A stretch of DNA of 64,000 bases from assembly GCA_965197425.1 (NCBI GenBank), contig CBDANC010000015.1:32001-96000 (forward strand), given 5' to 3'. Source of the DNA: Bdellovibrionales bacterium. GTDB taxonomy: Bacteria; Bdellovibrionota; Bdellovibrionia; Bdellovibrionales; JAUICD01. Positions 20,885 to 30,504 of this stretch are shown here, piece after piece. The notes beneath the pieces were generated by a model. The model was not told the DNA's origin. It was given only the letters and a program-made list of their open reading frames with translations, and made no database searches. Both the position numbers and the translations under genes were made by a program. Numbering within the stretch: position 1 is the stretch's first letter; each line of letters opens with the position of its first letter.

Positions 20885-22126
20885 ATGATAGTTGCAAATA
20901 ATACATGCTATGGATACCTTTTGCCGTGTGATTTAAACGGCAGCTTTATGCCTTTAACTAAAAGTTCTAGTCTAAGTTCTTTTGTAAGTTCAAAACAAAA
21001 TAGCTCAAGGCTTTCCAACATCTTGCTTAAGATCAATGGGTCTAATGTTTATATAAATAACTTGAATCTAACTTCCAAGGTATATGTCAATGGAACACAG
21101 ATTATAGATGCTGTTTTAAATAATGGAGATATAATATCAGCATATGATAATGAATTTATGTTTCTTAGAACCAAGTTAGACATAACCAACATAGAATCTA
21201 AAAACTATAACTGGAAAAAGGAGCTTTCTAAGCTACTAGGTTTTGCTACAACAAACCACCCTGTTTTGTTAGTAGGGGAATCGGGTACTGGAAAAGATGT
21301 AATATCCAGATTTATACATCAGTCTTCTAAACGAAATGGAAAACCATTTATCAGTATAAATTGTAGTACTCTTACTGAAAATATGATTGAAAGTGAATTG
21401 TTTGGACATAAAAAAGGGAGTTTCACCGGATCAGTTAATGATAGAAAAGGAGCTTTTTTAGCCTCAGAGGGTGGTACTTTATTTTTAGATGAAATAGGAG
21501 ATTTGCCCATACACCTGCAACCAAAACTTTTAAGAGCACTGGAGAATAAAGAAATAAAACCCCTAGGTTCGGATAGAAGTATTAAAACAGATGTAAGATT
21601 TATTTCAGCAACTCACAGAGATTTAAAAGATTTAATTAGACAGGGAAAATTTAGATCAGATTTGTATTATAGGCTAAATGTAATTAGTATTCATATACCT
21701 CCTTTAAGAGACAGAACAGAGGATATAGAGCCTTTGCTTTTCAAGCTTAGTTTAACCAACAAAGTGAAATTTTCAGATTGTGCTGTTGATGTATTGAAAT
21801 CTCACACATGGCCAGGGAACATTAGAGAACTAAAAAATTTTGTATCTAGAGTGTCTGCTATACATAGATATAAAACTTTGTACAAAAGTGATCTGAGCAA
21901 TCTTTTGGAGCTAGAAAATTGTGAAACTGAGAATTATGAAATTGGGAAAAGTTCTGAGCAATTTGAAAAAAATGAAAAAAAGATGATGCTGAAAATTTTA
22001 GATAAACACAAGGGGAATGTAAGAAAAGCTGCACAAGAGTTTAAAGTATCAAGAGGTAAATTTTACTATAACTTAAAAAAATGGGGTATTAAACCAAATG
22101 AGTTAGCATCTAAATTTTGTAGGTAG
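20885..22126 (+). CDS. Sigma54-dependent enhancer-binding protein with N-terminal FHA-like region and Fis-type HTH
   Basis: GESGTGKD, ESELFGHKKGSFTGS, GGTLFLDEIG, FRSDLYYRLNV, WPGNIREL; SKVYVNG...LNNGDII is FHA-like. Confidence 0.9.
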   Translation: MIVANNTCYGYLLPCDLNGSFMPLTKSSSLSSFVSSKQNSSRLSNILLKINGSNVYINNLNLTSKVYVNGTQIIDAVLNNGDIISAYDNEFMFLRTKLDITNIESKNYNWKKELSKLLGFATTNHPVLLVGESGTGKDVISRFIHQSSKRNGKPFISINCSTLTENMIESELFGHKKGSFTGSVNDRKGAFLASEGGTLFLDEIGDLPIHLQPKLLRALENKEIKPLGSDRSIKTDVRFISATHRDLKDLIRQGKFRSDLYYRLNVISIHIPPLRDRTEDIEPLLFKLSLTNKVKFSDCAVDVLKSHTWPGNIRELKNFVSRVSAIHRYKTLYKSDLSNLLELENCETENYEIGKSSEQFEKNEKKMMLKILDKHKGNVRKAAQEFKVSRGKFYYNLKKWGIKPNELASKFCR

Positions 22127-23185
22127 TAGGTGTTCTAATTTTGCAAATTTTAATACCGTAGCATAACCTATTTCATCAAAAAGTGCAGAGTCATGATGCT
22201 GATCTTTTATTAGGTGAAAATTTTCTAAGAAATTACAAATTTGTATAATCTCTGTTGGAAATACTCCAAGCTCTTCTTTCATAAAATTTGTAAGGCCGGT
22301 ATCCTTAGAAAGGCTGCCTCTTCTTATTTTATTTTCTGGATTGTAATTCTTAAATGCTGTTAGGAATCCTAGGGTTAAATAGGCAAAATGTTCTTTTGGA
22401 TTGTTTGTATCACATATATTCATATTATTTAGATAAATCTCAAATTCCGGCAGTTTGGTTTTGTTCTGCATGGCCTCATGTAAGGTAGGCATAATATGTT
22501 TCATAATTTCTAGATCAAAAAGTTCAAAAAACACTGATTTTGGGTGTTCTAGTTTTAAAATTTTCAAAATTTCTTCCCTTATTCTAGGTAACTTTGAATT
22601 TTTTAGTTCAGAACCTAAACCTTCTATTGCTTTCCTTAATTGTGATTCTATGGAAAAATTTAATTTTTCAGCAAATCTTAGTGCCCGTAAAATTCTTATT
22701 GGATCTTCTCTTAGTCGGATAATAGGATTTCCAATCATTCTTATTAATCTTTTCTTTATGTCTTTAATGCCTTTTTCGTAGTCTATAATTTTTTTATTAA
22801 TTGGATCGTAGAAAATACTGTTGATGGTAAAGTCTCTTCGGGAAGCATCCTCCTGTGGTTTTCCAAAGACATTATCTCGATCGGGTATACTTTTTTTATC
22901 CTCTGGATCTTTTCTAAAAGTTGCAACCTCGAATTGCTTAAACCCTCTTTTGACCAGCACAAGCTTAAAACGCCTTCCTATAATATAGCTGTTTTTTATT
23001 ATACGCTTGACTTCTCTGGGCTTCGCATTTGTTGCTATGTCGAAGTCTTTGGGCTTAAGCCCTAAGAGAAGGTCCCGGACACAACCTCCTACTAAATATG
23101 CGGTAAAACCTTCATTTTGTAGTCTTTTTACAATGTCTATTGCCTCTGAATCTACAAGACTGGTTACATCATTTAAATGAGTCAT
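22103..23185 (-). CDS. pcnB: Poly(A) polymerase I family nucleotidyltransferase
   Basis: VGGCVRDLLLG..PKDFD, PAP signature IIGRRFKLVLV, RRDFTIN, EDPIRILRA. Confidence 0.88.
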   Translation of the reverse strand: MTHLNDVTSLVDSEAIDIVKRLQNEGFTAYLVGGCVRDLLLGLKPKDFDIATNAKPREVKRIIKNSYIIGRRFKLVLVKRGFKQFEVATFRKDPEDKKSIPDRDNVFGKPQEDASRRDFTINSIFYDPINKKIIDYEKGIKDIKKRLIRMIGNPIIRLREDPIRILRALRFAEKLNFSIESQLRKAIEGLGSELKNSKLPRIREEILKILKLEHPKSVFFELFDLEIMKHIMPTLHEAMQNKTKLPEFEIYLNNMNICDTNNPKEHFAYLTLGFLTAFKNYNPENKIRRGSLSKDTGLTNFMKEELGVFPTEIIQICNFLENFHLIKDQHHDSALFDEIGYATVLKFAKLEHLLPTKFRC

Positions 23186-23293
23186 TTTTTAACGTTTCCT
23201 TAATTTTATTAACAAATTGTTAACATGGAACCTAAAAGGTGATAAACATCAGGTTAATTGGTTTTAGCGATTTTGTTATAAAGCTGCAAGTGA

Positions 23294-24754
23294 ATGTATT
23301 TCAAAGACTTAAATCTTTCTGATGAATTGTTTCAAGGTGTCAACTCTAATGGCTTTGAGGAGTGTACTCCCATACAATCTGTCACTATCGTTGATGGCCT
23401 AAAGGGCAAGGATATTTCTGGGCTTGCTCAAACTGGCACAGGCAAGACAGCTGCATTTTTAATACCTCTGATGGAACGGGTGTTTTTAGGAAAACTAAAA
23501 ACAGGAGGATTTTCTAACTGGCAGAAAGGCCATTTTTGTTTGGTTTTGGTACCCACTAGAGAGTTAGCAGAGCAGGTATATCAGGATTTTTGTTCCTTAA
23601 GAGGAAAAACAAATCTTAGTGCCGTCCAAGTGTATGGCGGCACCACTTATGATAGACAGATTAAGATGATTAAAAGCAGCGTTGAATTTATTGTAAGTAC
23701 TCCAGGGAGACTTATTGACCTGTATAAATCACACTCCTTGGATCTAAGGCAATGTAGAGCAGTTGTGTTTGATGAAGCTGATAAAATGTTTGATATGGGA
23801 TTTAAAGATGATATGCAGTTTTTGCTACACAGAATTCCAAGAAATAGACAACTTATGTTTTTTAGTGCAACTTTGAATTTTTCTGTAACCAATATGGCGT
23901 ATAAATTCGGCGCACACCCCATTGAAATAGATTTGAGTAAAAAACATGTAAGAACTGAGAACGTAGAAGATTTTATACATCATGTGGGGGAATCACAAAA
24001 ACCCCAATACTTATTGTCGTTGTTAAGAAAACTTAAACCTAAGCAGACTATAGTATTCAGTAACTTTAAACATAAGGTTGAGTTGATAGAAGCCTTTCTA
24101 AATAAAAATAATATTCCATCTGTTGGAATTTCGAGCCTTCTAACCCAGCTTCAGAGAAAACGAGTTATGGAGCAATTTAGAAATAATTCTAACTTTAATG
24201 TTTTGGTCGCAACAGATGTTGCCGCCAGAGGCTTAGATGTGGAAGATGTTGATTTAGTAGTTAATTATGAAATTTCTGATGACCCAGAAAATTATGTTCA
24301 TAGAATAGGTAGAACTGGCAGAGCTAAAAAAACTGGCTTTGCGTGTAGTTTGGTGTGCGATTCAGATATCCCTAACCTTTTAAGAGTGGAAGAATATCTA
24401 TCATGTAAACTTGAAGTTAAATGGCTTGAAGACAAGGATTTAATAGAAAACTTTCTGAGCCTAAAAAATATAAAAAACAACTTACGGAAACAAAAAACTA
24501 TATCTAAGCACAGCCAGATGACAAAAAAGAAAGTGAAAAAGAAGACAAAAAAGATCCAAAAATCAAACAATAAGTTGCCAGAAGTAAAAGGAAATAAAAA
24601 TCTTAATAGATCTGTTAAGCAAACAAGAAAAATTTCAAAGAATCTAAATAAAAACAAAGCGATAAGAAGAGGAAAAAGTAGCAAAAGAATTACTAGTAGC
24701 GAAAAGAAAGGCATCTTAGCAATTATAAAGAAAGTACTAACCCTAAGAGGTTAA
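23294..24754 (+). CDS. DEAD-box RNA helicase (RhlB-like) with Lys-rich C-terminal tail
   Basis: AQTGTGKT, PTRELA, TPGRL, DEAD, SAT, ARGLD, HRIGRTGR. Confidence 0.93.
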   Translation: MYFKDLNLSDELFQGVNSNGFEECTPIQSVTIVDGLKGKDISGLAQTGTGKTAAFLIPLMERVFLGKLKTGGFSNWQKGHFCLVLVPTRELAEQVYQDFCSLRGKTNLSAVQVYGGTTYDRQIKMIKSSVEFIVSTPGRLIDLYKSHSLDLRQCRAVVFDEADKMFDMGFKDDMQFLLHRIPRNRQLMFFSATLNFSVTNMAYKFGAHPIEIDLSKKHVRTENVEDFIHHVGESQKPQYLLSLLRKLKPKQTIVFSNFKHKVELIEAFLNKNNIPSVGISSLLTQLQRKRVMEQFRNNSNFNVLVATDVAARGLDVEDVDLVVNYEISDDPENYVHRIGRTGRAKKTGFACSLVCDSDIPNLLRVEEYLSCKLEVKWLEDKDLIENFLSLKNIKNNLRKQKTISKHSQMTKKKVKKKTKKIQKSNNKLPEVKGNKNLNRSVKQTRKISKNLNKNKAIRRGKSSKRITSSEKKGILAIIKKVLTLRG

Positions 24755-24901
24755 TTAAAACCTTAGACCGCTAATTTTTTGATAAGCTTTGCCCCTCAGC
24801 ATCTTATTACTTTCATATTATTCTCTAGACTTATGTATGATTAAAAAATTCATATGGTTAATTGTCTAAGAGTTTTTTTAATATGTGTCGATATTTATAT
24901 T

Positions 24902-26245
24902 ATGGCATTAAATACAAAATTGGATCTGAGTAAAAACACTATTGTGTATGGCAATTGCTCTGATGAAGATGGTCAGGGTTGGCTTAATTTAATATCCGAA
25001 AAATCTGTTGATTTGATTTATATAGATCCTCCATTTTTTTCAAACAGGGATTATAAAGTTGTGTGGGGCAATGGTTACGAAGTTCGCTCTTTTGGAGATC
25101 GATTTAAAGGTGGAATTGATCATTACATTAATTGGATGAAACCAAAAATTTTAGAATCAAAAAGAGTATTAAATGATACAGGATCTATTTTTTTACATTG
25201 TGACTGGCATGCAAGTCATAGACTTAGGTGTTTATTAGATGAAGTATTTGGAGAAAAAAGTTTTATAAATGAAATAATATGGTTTTATCCCAATGGTGGA
25301 GGAAGGAGTAAATCTTGGCTTAACAAAAAACATGACACAATTTTTTGGTACGCTAAAGACAAAAACAAATTTAAATATAATTGGAAAGAAATAGCTTTAA
25401 GTCGAAATCAAGATCAAAAAACTTTTGGAGGGTATTTTAAAACAGATAATAAGGGAACTTATCAAGAAGTAAGATCAAACGGTAAGGTATATAAGTACTA
25501 TGTTGACGAGCCAAAAAATAATGATGATGTTTGGTTTTTAAATATTATTTCTCAAAGAGATACAACAGAGAGAATTGGATATAGAACTCAAAAACCTGAA
25601 GCTTTGATAAAAAGGATTGTAGAGTGTTCTACTGATAAAAATGATGTAGTGTTAGATTTTTTTGGTGGGGGCGGTACTACTGCAAAGGTTTGTTCTGATT
25701 TAGATAGGAGATTTATCACAGGTGATGTATCTCCTATTGCTGTTAGAGTAACAGCAGATCGGTTGAGTGATAATGGATATAGAGACTATGAAATAAAAGG
25801 ATTGCCTTCTACAAAAAAAGAATACCATAGTATGCACAAAAACAAGTTTGTTCAAATAATATGCGACCTAATGGGCTGGGATAGGAATTTAAAAAAATCA
25901 TTAAACAATACTTTTGATGGATTTGCTGATGAGGGTAATATACCTGTTTTTATTCAAAATCAAAGTGAGAAAACTTCTATACCCGATATTAAAAAATTCT
26001 TAAAGCTTTTAGCTAAACATAAAAAAGGAATCTTTGTTTCTTGGGATTTTTCCAAAGAAGCGTCAGAATATGTGTATAGTTTAATACAACAAAAAATAAC
26101 ACTACTTGCAGTTAAGGAAATTTTAAACGGCTTATTAATTTCTGATGAATTATCTAAAAAGCCAAAGAAATTATATGATGCTGATACAAAAAAGATTTCT
26201 TGGGAAGACAAGTCTGTGCATGGATTAAAGCAAAAAACAGCATAA
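24902..26245 (+). CDS. N6/N4 (beta-class) DNA methyltransferase with C-terminal Mrr-like domain
   Basis: IYIDPPF precedes TQKPEAL and VLDFFGGGGTT; the C-terminal ~130 aa resemble an Mrr-type fold; ATG at 24902 preferred. Confidence 0.88.
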   Translation: MALNTKLDLSKNTIVYGNCSDEDGQGWLNLISEKSVDLIYIDPPFFSNRDYKVVWGNGYEVRSFGDRFKGGIDHYINWMKPKILESKRVLNDTGSIFLHCDWHASHRLRCLLDEVFGEKSFINEIIWFYPNGGGRSKSWLNKKHDTIFWYAKDKNKFKYNWKEIALSRNQDQKTFGGYFKTDNKGTYQEVRSNGKVYKYYVDEPKNNDDVWFLNIISQRDTTERIGYRTQKPEALIKRIVECSTDKNDVVLDFFGGGGTTAKVCSDLDRRFITGDVSPIAVRVTADRLSDNGYRDYEIKGLPSTKKEYHSMHKNKFVQIICDLMGWDRNLKKSLNNTFDGFADEGNIPVFIQNQSEKTSIPDIKKFLKLLAKHKKGIFVSWDFSKEASEYVYSLIQQKITLLAVKEILNGLLISDELSKKPKKLYDADTKKISWEDKSVHGLKQKTA

Positions 26246-26288
26246 AATCTATAAGCAAATTTAAAATTTATAATAAGCTAGTATATTT

Positions 26289-27212
26289 TTATTCGCTTTC
26301 TTTGTTTGGCAATTCTGGTTCCTTTTGAGGCTGAGAGAAATTTGCTATTTGATTTTGTATATCAGGGTCTAGCTTCACAAACTCAATCCCATATCTAGAT
26401 GACCCCTTATCATCTTTAGTGATATTTACTACCTTACATTTAGCACTAAAAGAGGGTAGATGGTCTCCAGGTTTAAAGTCTAGCAAAATGATACTTTGAT
26501 CTTCTATATCCGCATTTTCTACTGTAATGGCAGCGCCAGATTCTCCTATGGAGATACCCGTTCCAAGATATAAAGTCTCACCTGACTGAATTACCACCGG
26601 TATGTTGCACAATCTTCTAGGATATTTTCTTCTGAAAAATTTGTCCTCAATAGGTTCATCAAAATTGACCCCTTCTAATTGGGACAACTTTTCTATACTA
26701 GACTTTTCAAAATCACTGACTTCTGCAATTTTCATCCACTGTTCAAGACCTTGTTTCCAGGTATAGTCATACTCATATACTAGGCTGGATAGAAGCATCT
26801 GAGCTATCTCTACATGGTCAAATGGTCCATATCTATCCTCATTTCTCAGCACAAACCATGTTTTTTCGGTGTATTTAGATAATTCTTCTTTAGCTTTATC
26901 TTCATCTAAACCGCTGCTATTAGCTTCTTGATTAATATCAGAAGTTCCTTTGCTAGAATTTTCTTCTCCACTGGTCCCTTCTTGTAGAGTATCTTTTCCT
27001 GGAAAAGTAGGTTCCTCAGATTGGTCTACACCAGACACACATTTCATTATATAATCATGGCTTACAATTGTAACCCAGGTTTCAGACTCTTCATCATATA
27101 TCAGATCACTTAACTTGTATGTGTTGCTCTTTAACTTTTCTATTATTTCAGACACTGGCAACGGATCTGTCTGTTCTTCATTAACGTATAAATAAAATAA
27201 CTTTTCAGACAT
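26289..27212 (-). CDS. GYF_2/DUF4339 repeat + PilZ domain protein
   Basis: Two WFV...GPF...W..G...W-type modules separated by an acidic linker; C-terminal RRKYPR...YGIEF PilZ region. Confidence 0.75.
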   Translation of the reverse strand: MSEKLFYLYVNEEQTDPLPVSEIIEKLKSNTYKLSDLIYDEESETWVTIVSHDYIMKCVSGVDQSEEPTFPGKDTLQEGTSGEENSSKGTSDINQEANSSGLDEDKAKEELSKYTEKTWFVLRNEDRYGPFDHVEIAQMLLSSLVYEYDYTWKQGLEQWMKIAEVSDFEKSSIEKLSQLEGVNFDEPIEDKFFRRKYPRRLCNIPVVIQSGETLYLGTGISIGESGAAITVENADIEDQSIILLDFKPGDHLPSFSAKCKVVNITKDDKGSSRYGIEFVKLDPDIQNQIANFSQPQKEPELPNKESE

Positions 27213-27340
27213 TTTTCTATCTCCTAACCTTTACTCTACTAAGTCACTACACGAGAGAATCGGCTTAAATTTGCCGAGACATAACAGAAATCCACATAAA
27301 ATAACGCTTCCATGTCACGAATCTTTGCTTATATTAAGCT

Positions 27341-29479
27341 TTAAATTCTGTCTGCTCTTATAACACTCTTAATTTTAGAGATCTGTTGTAAGGTTAAGTT
27401 AATATGATTGACGCTTTTTACGGCAACATCAAAAATACATATTGCCTTTTTGTTTTTAATTGTTCTGATATGGGCATTTGATATGTTTATGTTGTTCATC
27501 GTGAATGTCTCACTTATTGATTTGAGTACTCCAGATGTATCATTACATAACACACGAATTTTTGTGTTTCTGATAGGGCTTTGTGCCTGCTCTCGTTCCC
27601 ACTCTACCTCTACAATTCTATCTCGATCCATTTCAAATGTTTTTTTACAGGACGATCTATGGATAGTAACGCCCCTTTCACGAGAAATAAATCCAACTAT
27701 TGGATCGCCTGGAATAGGATGGCAGCACTTAGCATAATATATCAAAATATCCGACATTCCATCGACTTTGACCATCGACTTTCCACTAGGGCGTTTGTAT
27801 CTTCTAAATATTTTTTTCAGAAAAGAATCTTCATCTTCTGTCTTAGATTCTGTTCCTGATAGCAAGGTTGTGATCTTAGATGGAGTATGTTTTCCATATC
27901 CAATTTGAACATACAGTTCTTCGACTTTGTGTATTCCCAAACTTTCCATTACTTTTTTGGCGTTAGGTGCATTAATGATATTGTTAAGCTTTAACTTCAG
28001 CTTTGTACACTCCTGCTCTAAAAGAGTTTTGCCCAAACTTATTGAATGCTTTCTTTCATTTGCTCTTATAAAAGCTCTAATTTTGGACTGAGCTTTAGAA
28101 GAAGTGCAAAATGAAAGCCAGTCTTTTGAGGGGGTTTGATGTGGTGAAGTTAGAATTTTTACGGTATCTCCGTTTCGTAACTTGTGTTTTATAGGAACCA
28201 TCTTGCCATCAACTTTTGCTCCTACAGTTTTACTTCCTATATCAGAGTGTATTGCATATGCAAAATCCAGTGCTGTTGCGCCATCTCTTAACTCTTTAAC
28301 ATCACCCCTTGGAGTAAATACATAAATATCTTCATCCATTAGATCTAATTTTATGCTTTCTAAAAATTCACTGGAGTCGTCGATATCTCTATGCCAACTA
28401 GTTAAACTCTTTAACCACTCAAAATTTTCTTTTGTCTTGATATCCACCTGCCCTTTTTCTTTGTAAGACCAGTGCGCGGCAATGCCATTTTCTGCTACTT
28501 CATGCATCTGTTTGGTTCTGATTTGAATCTCTACCCTTTGACCTCCTGGCATAATTACAGCGGTATGTAAGCTTTGGTAATTATTAACCTTTGGCATGGC
28601 TATATAGTCCTTAAATCCTTCAGTAATTGGTCTATAGGAGCTGTGCATGAGGCCTAATATTTCATAACAATTAGAAATTGTTTCCGTGATAATTCTAAAC
28701 CCAAATATATCAAGTACATCTTCATACTCTATGTTTTTGTCTCTCATTTTTCTGTATATTGAGTAAATGTGTTTAGTTCTTCCGTATATTCGAGGTTTCA
28801 AGCTGGTATTTTGATCTATTTTTTCAGATAACACTGCTATAACTTGTTCAATGTATTTGTCGTGTTCTTCTTTTTTTTTGGTTACTTTCGAAGAGAGTTC
28901 TTGATAAATCTGAGGTTTTAAGTGCTTAAAACTTAAACCTTCCAACTCCATTTTCCATGAACTGATTCCCAATCTATTGGCTATTGGAGCGTATATATCC
29001 AAAGTTTCTTGAGATACGTTAAGTTGCTTTTCATAAGGCATATACTTCAAAGTTCTCATGTTGTGCAGACGATCTGCAATTTTTACGATTATTACCCTCA
29101 TATCTTGACCCATTGCTACTATCATCTTTCTGATATTTTCACTTTGAGCCACATGGGTATTTTTAAAATTCATCTTGGATATTTTGGTAACACCATCCAC
29201 CACATTTCTTACAGTCTTACCAAACTGTTTTTCTATTTCATCGATTGAGGCGGCAGTGTCCTCCACTGTGTCATGCAAAAGAGCTGCGACAATGGTAGTA
29301 GTGTCAAAATACAATTCGGACAATAAAAAAGCCACACCTGCAGGGTGGGTTATATAGGGCTTGCCACTTTTTCTAAATTGCCCCTGATGGACATTCTTTG
29401 CAAACTCATAAGCTCTGACTATTAAATTTAAATGTTCCTTGGAATATATCTTGGAAAAAGCACTTGTAAATTCTTCCAA
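27341..29479 (-). CDS. spoT: Bifunctional (p)ppGpp synthetase/hydrolase Rel/SpoT
   Basis: HDTVED, ADRLHNMRT, YQSLHT, EIQIRT, TGS domain, CCHPIPGD, C-terminal ACT. Confidence 0.95.
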   Translation of the reverse strand: MEEFTSAFSKIYSKEHLNLIVRAYEFAKNVHQGQFRKSGKPYITHPAGVAFLLSELYFDTTTIVAALLHDTVEDTAASIDEIEKQFGKTVRNVVDGVTKISKMNFKNTHVAQSENIRKMIVAMGQDMRVIIVKIADRLHNMRTLKYMPYEKQLNVSQETLDIYAPIANRLGISSWKMELEGLSFKHLKPQIYQELSSKVTKKKEEHDKYIEQVIAVLSEKIDQNTSLKPRIYGRTKHIYSIYRKMRDKNIEYEDVLDIFGFRIITETISNCYEILGLMHSSYRPITEGFKDYIAMPKVNNYQSLHTAVIMPGGQRVEIQIRTKQMHEVAENGIAAHWSYKEKGQVDIKTKENFEWLKSLTSWHRDIDDSSEFLESIKLDLMDEDIYVFTPRGDVKELRDGATALDFAYAIHSDIGSKTVGAKVDGKMVPIKHKLRNGDTVKILTSPHQTPSKDWLSFCTSSKAQSKIRAFIRANERKHSISLGKTLLEQECTKLKLKLNNIINAPNAKKVMESLGIHKVEELYVQIGYGKHTPSKITTLLSGTESKTEDEDSFLKKIFRRYKRPSGKSMVKVDGMSDILIYYAKCCHPIPGDPIVGFISRERGVTIHRSSCKKTFEMDRDRIVEVEWEREQAQSPIRNTKIRVLCNDTSGVLKSISETFTMNNINISNAHIRTIKNKKAICIFDVAVKSVNHINLTLQQISKIKSVIRADRI

Positions 29480-29526
29480 GCTCTTACATGTATCAGGTTG
29501 GATTTTTTTATAACTAAGCGAAATCC

Positions 29527-29766
29527 TTATTCACCTTTCAAACTTTTTTGAATCTGCATCTGAGGAGTGCCACTAGCTTCATCGTGCCTGAAGCTAACTT
29601 TTTTTGAGGCAACCTCCCTAAGAGCGGTTACAACACTCATGTTATCGGTCTTTAAAAGCGGCTCCGCCCCAGAATACAGGCTCCTAGCCCTCTTAGCAAC
29701 TAACATCACCAACTCAAACCTGTTTGTTACCTTATCTAAACAATCTTCTACAGAAATTCTAGCCAT
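29527..29766 (-). CDS. rpoZ: RNA polymerase omega subunit
   Basis: MARISVEDCL...NRFELVMLVAKRAR...TALREV. Confidence 0.95.
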   Translation of the reverse strand: MARISVEDCLDKVTNRFELVMLVAKRARSLYSGAEPLLKTDNMSVVTALREVASKKVSFRHDEASGTPQMQIQKSLKGE

Positions 29767-29926
29767 GCATTCACCTCAATCTAACACTCACTCCGACTAC
29801 TAAAAACTTGCTTTTTGGCAGACAAACTATGTTTCGGTCTATCGCTATTCCTTAAGCTCTATCTGCCTACAATTCACGTTGTTTTCGTGGTCCTTTCTTC
29901 TACCACTAAGTTTACCAAACTTCACC

Positions 29927-30502
29927 TTATTTTATAATATTCTCGACAATTTTTCTAAATTTTTTATAAGCTTCATCAAAATTGTTGTTTATTATCTGGT
30001 GATCATATTCACAGGCACTTTTCATTTCCATATCAACCACTCTTAACCTGCCTTCAATGTCTTCTGTACCTTTGTTCTTGCTTCTAGCCCTCAGCCGCTT
30101 TTCTAACTCCTCAATTGAAGGGGGAAGGATAAAAATGGTGTGGCTTTCAGGGTATAGCTTTTTTAAGCTGGTGGCCCCAGCTACATTTATATCCATCATT
30201 AGAAATTTGCTCCCTAAACTCATCCTCTCTATCTGATGCCTAGGAGTGCCATACAGCTCACCATGTACTTTTTCCCATTCTGCAAAATAATTTTCCTTTA
30301 TCTGTTTTTCGAAATAATTTTTACTGACAAAGAAATATTCTTGTTTATCTCTCTCACTTTCCCTGAGGCTCCTGGTGGTGCAACTGATGCTATAGGACAA
30401 ACAATTTTCTAGCTCCTTCAATATTTTGTTGCACAAGGTGGATTTGCCCACTCCACTAGGCCCTGATACGATAATCAAATTAGTTCCACCATAACTATTC
30501 AT
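29927..30502 (-). CDS. gmk: Guanylate kinase
   Basis: SGPSGVGKST, SISCTTR, YGTP, IFILPPSIEELEKRL. Confidence 0.95.
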   Translation of the reverse strand: MNSYGGTNLIIVSGPSGVGKSTLCNKILKELENCLSYSISCTTRSLRESERDKQEYFFVSKNYFEKQIKENYFAEWEKVHGELYGTPRHQIERMSLGSKFLMMDINVAGATSLKKLYPESHTIFILPPSIEELEKRLRARSKNKGTEDIEGRLRVVDMEMKSACEYDHQIINNNFDEAYKKFRKIVENIIK

Positions 30503-30504
30503 AA

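Noticed and set aside
22103..23185. CCA-adding enzyme
   Set aside because: The IIGRRFKLVLV signature favours poly(A) polymerase
27245..27290. Sigma28 promoters (GCCGAT-like boxes near 27260, 7540 and 8425)
   Set aside because: The -35 element or spacing does not fit well enough to call
29767..29926. c-di-GMP riboswitch or small ORF between gmk and rpoZ
   Set aside because: A hairpin (GGCAGA/TCTGCC) is present but the riboswitch core motifs are not matched, and the 26-codon GTG ORF has no support
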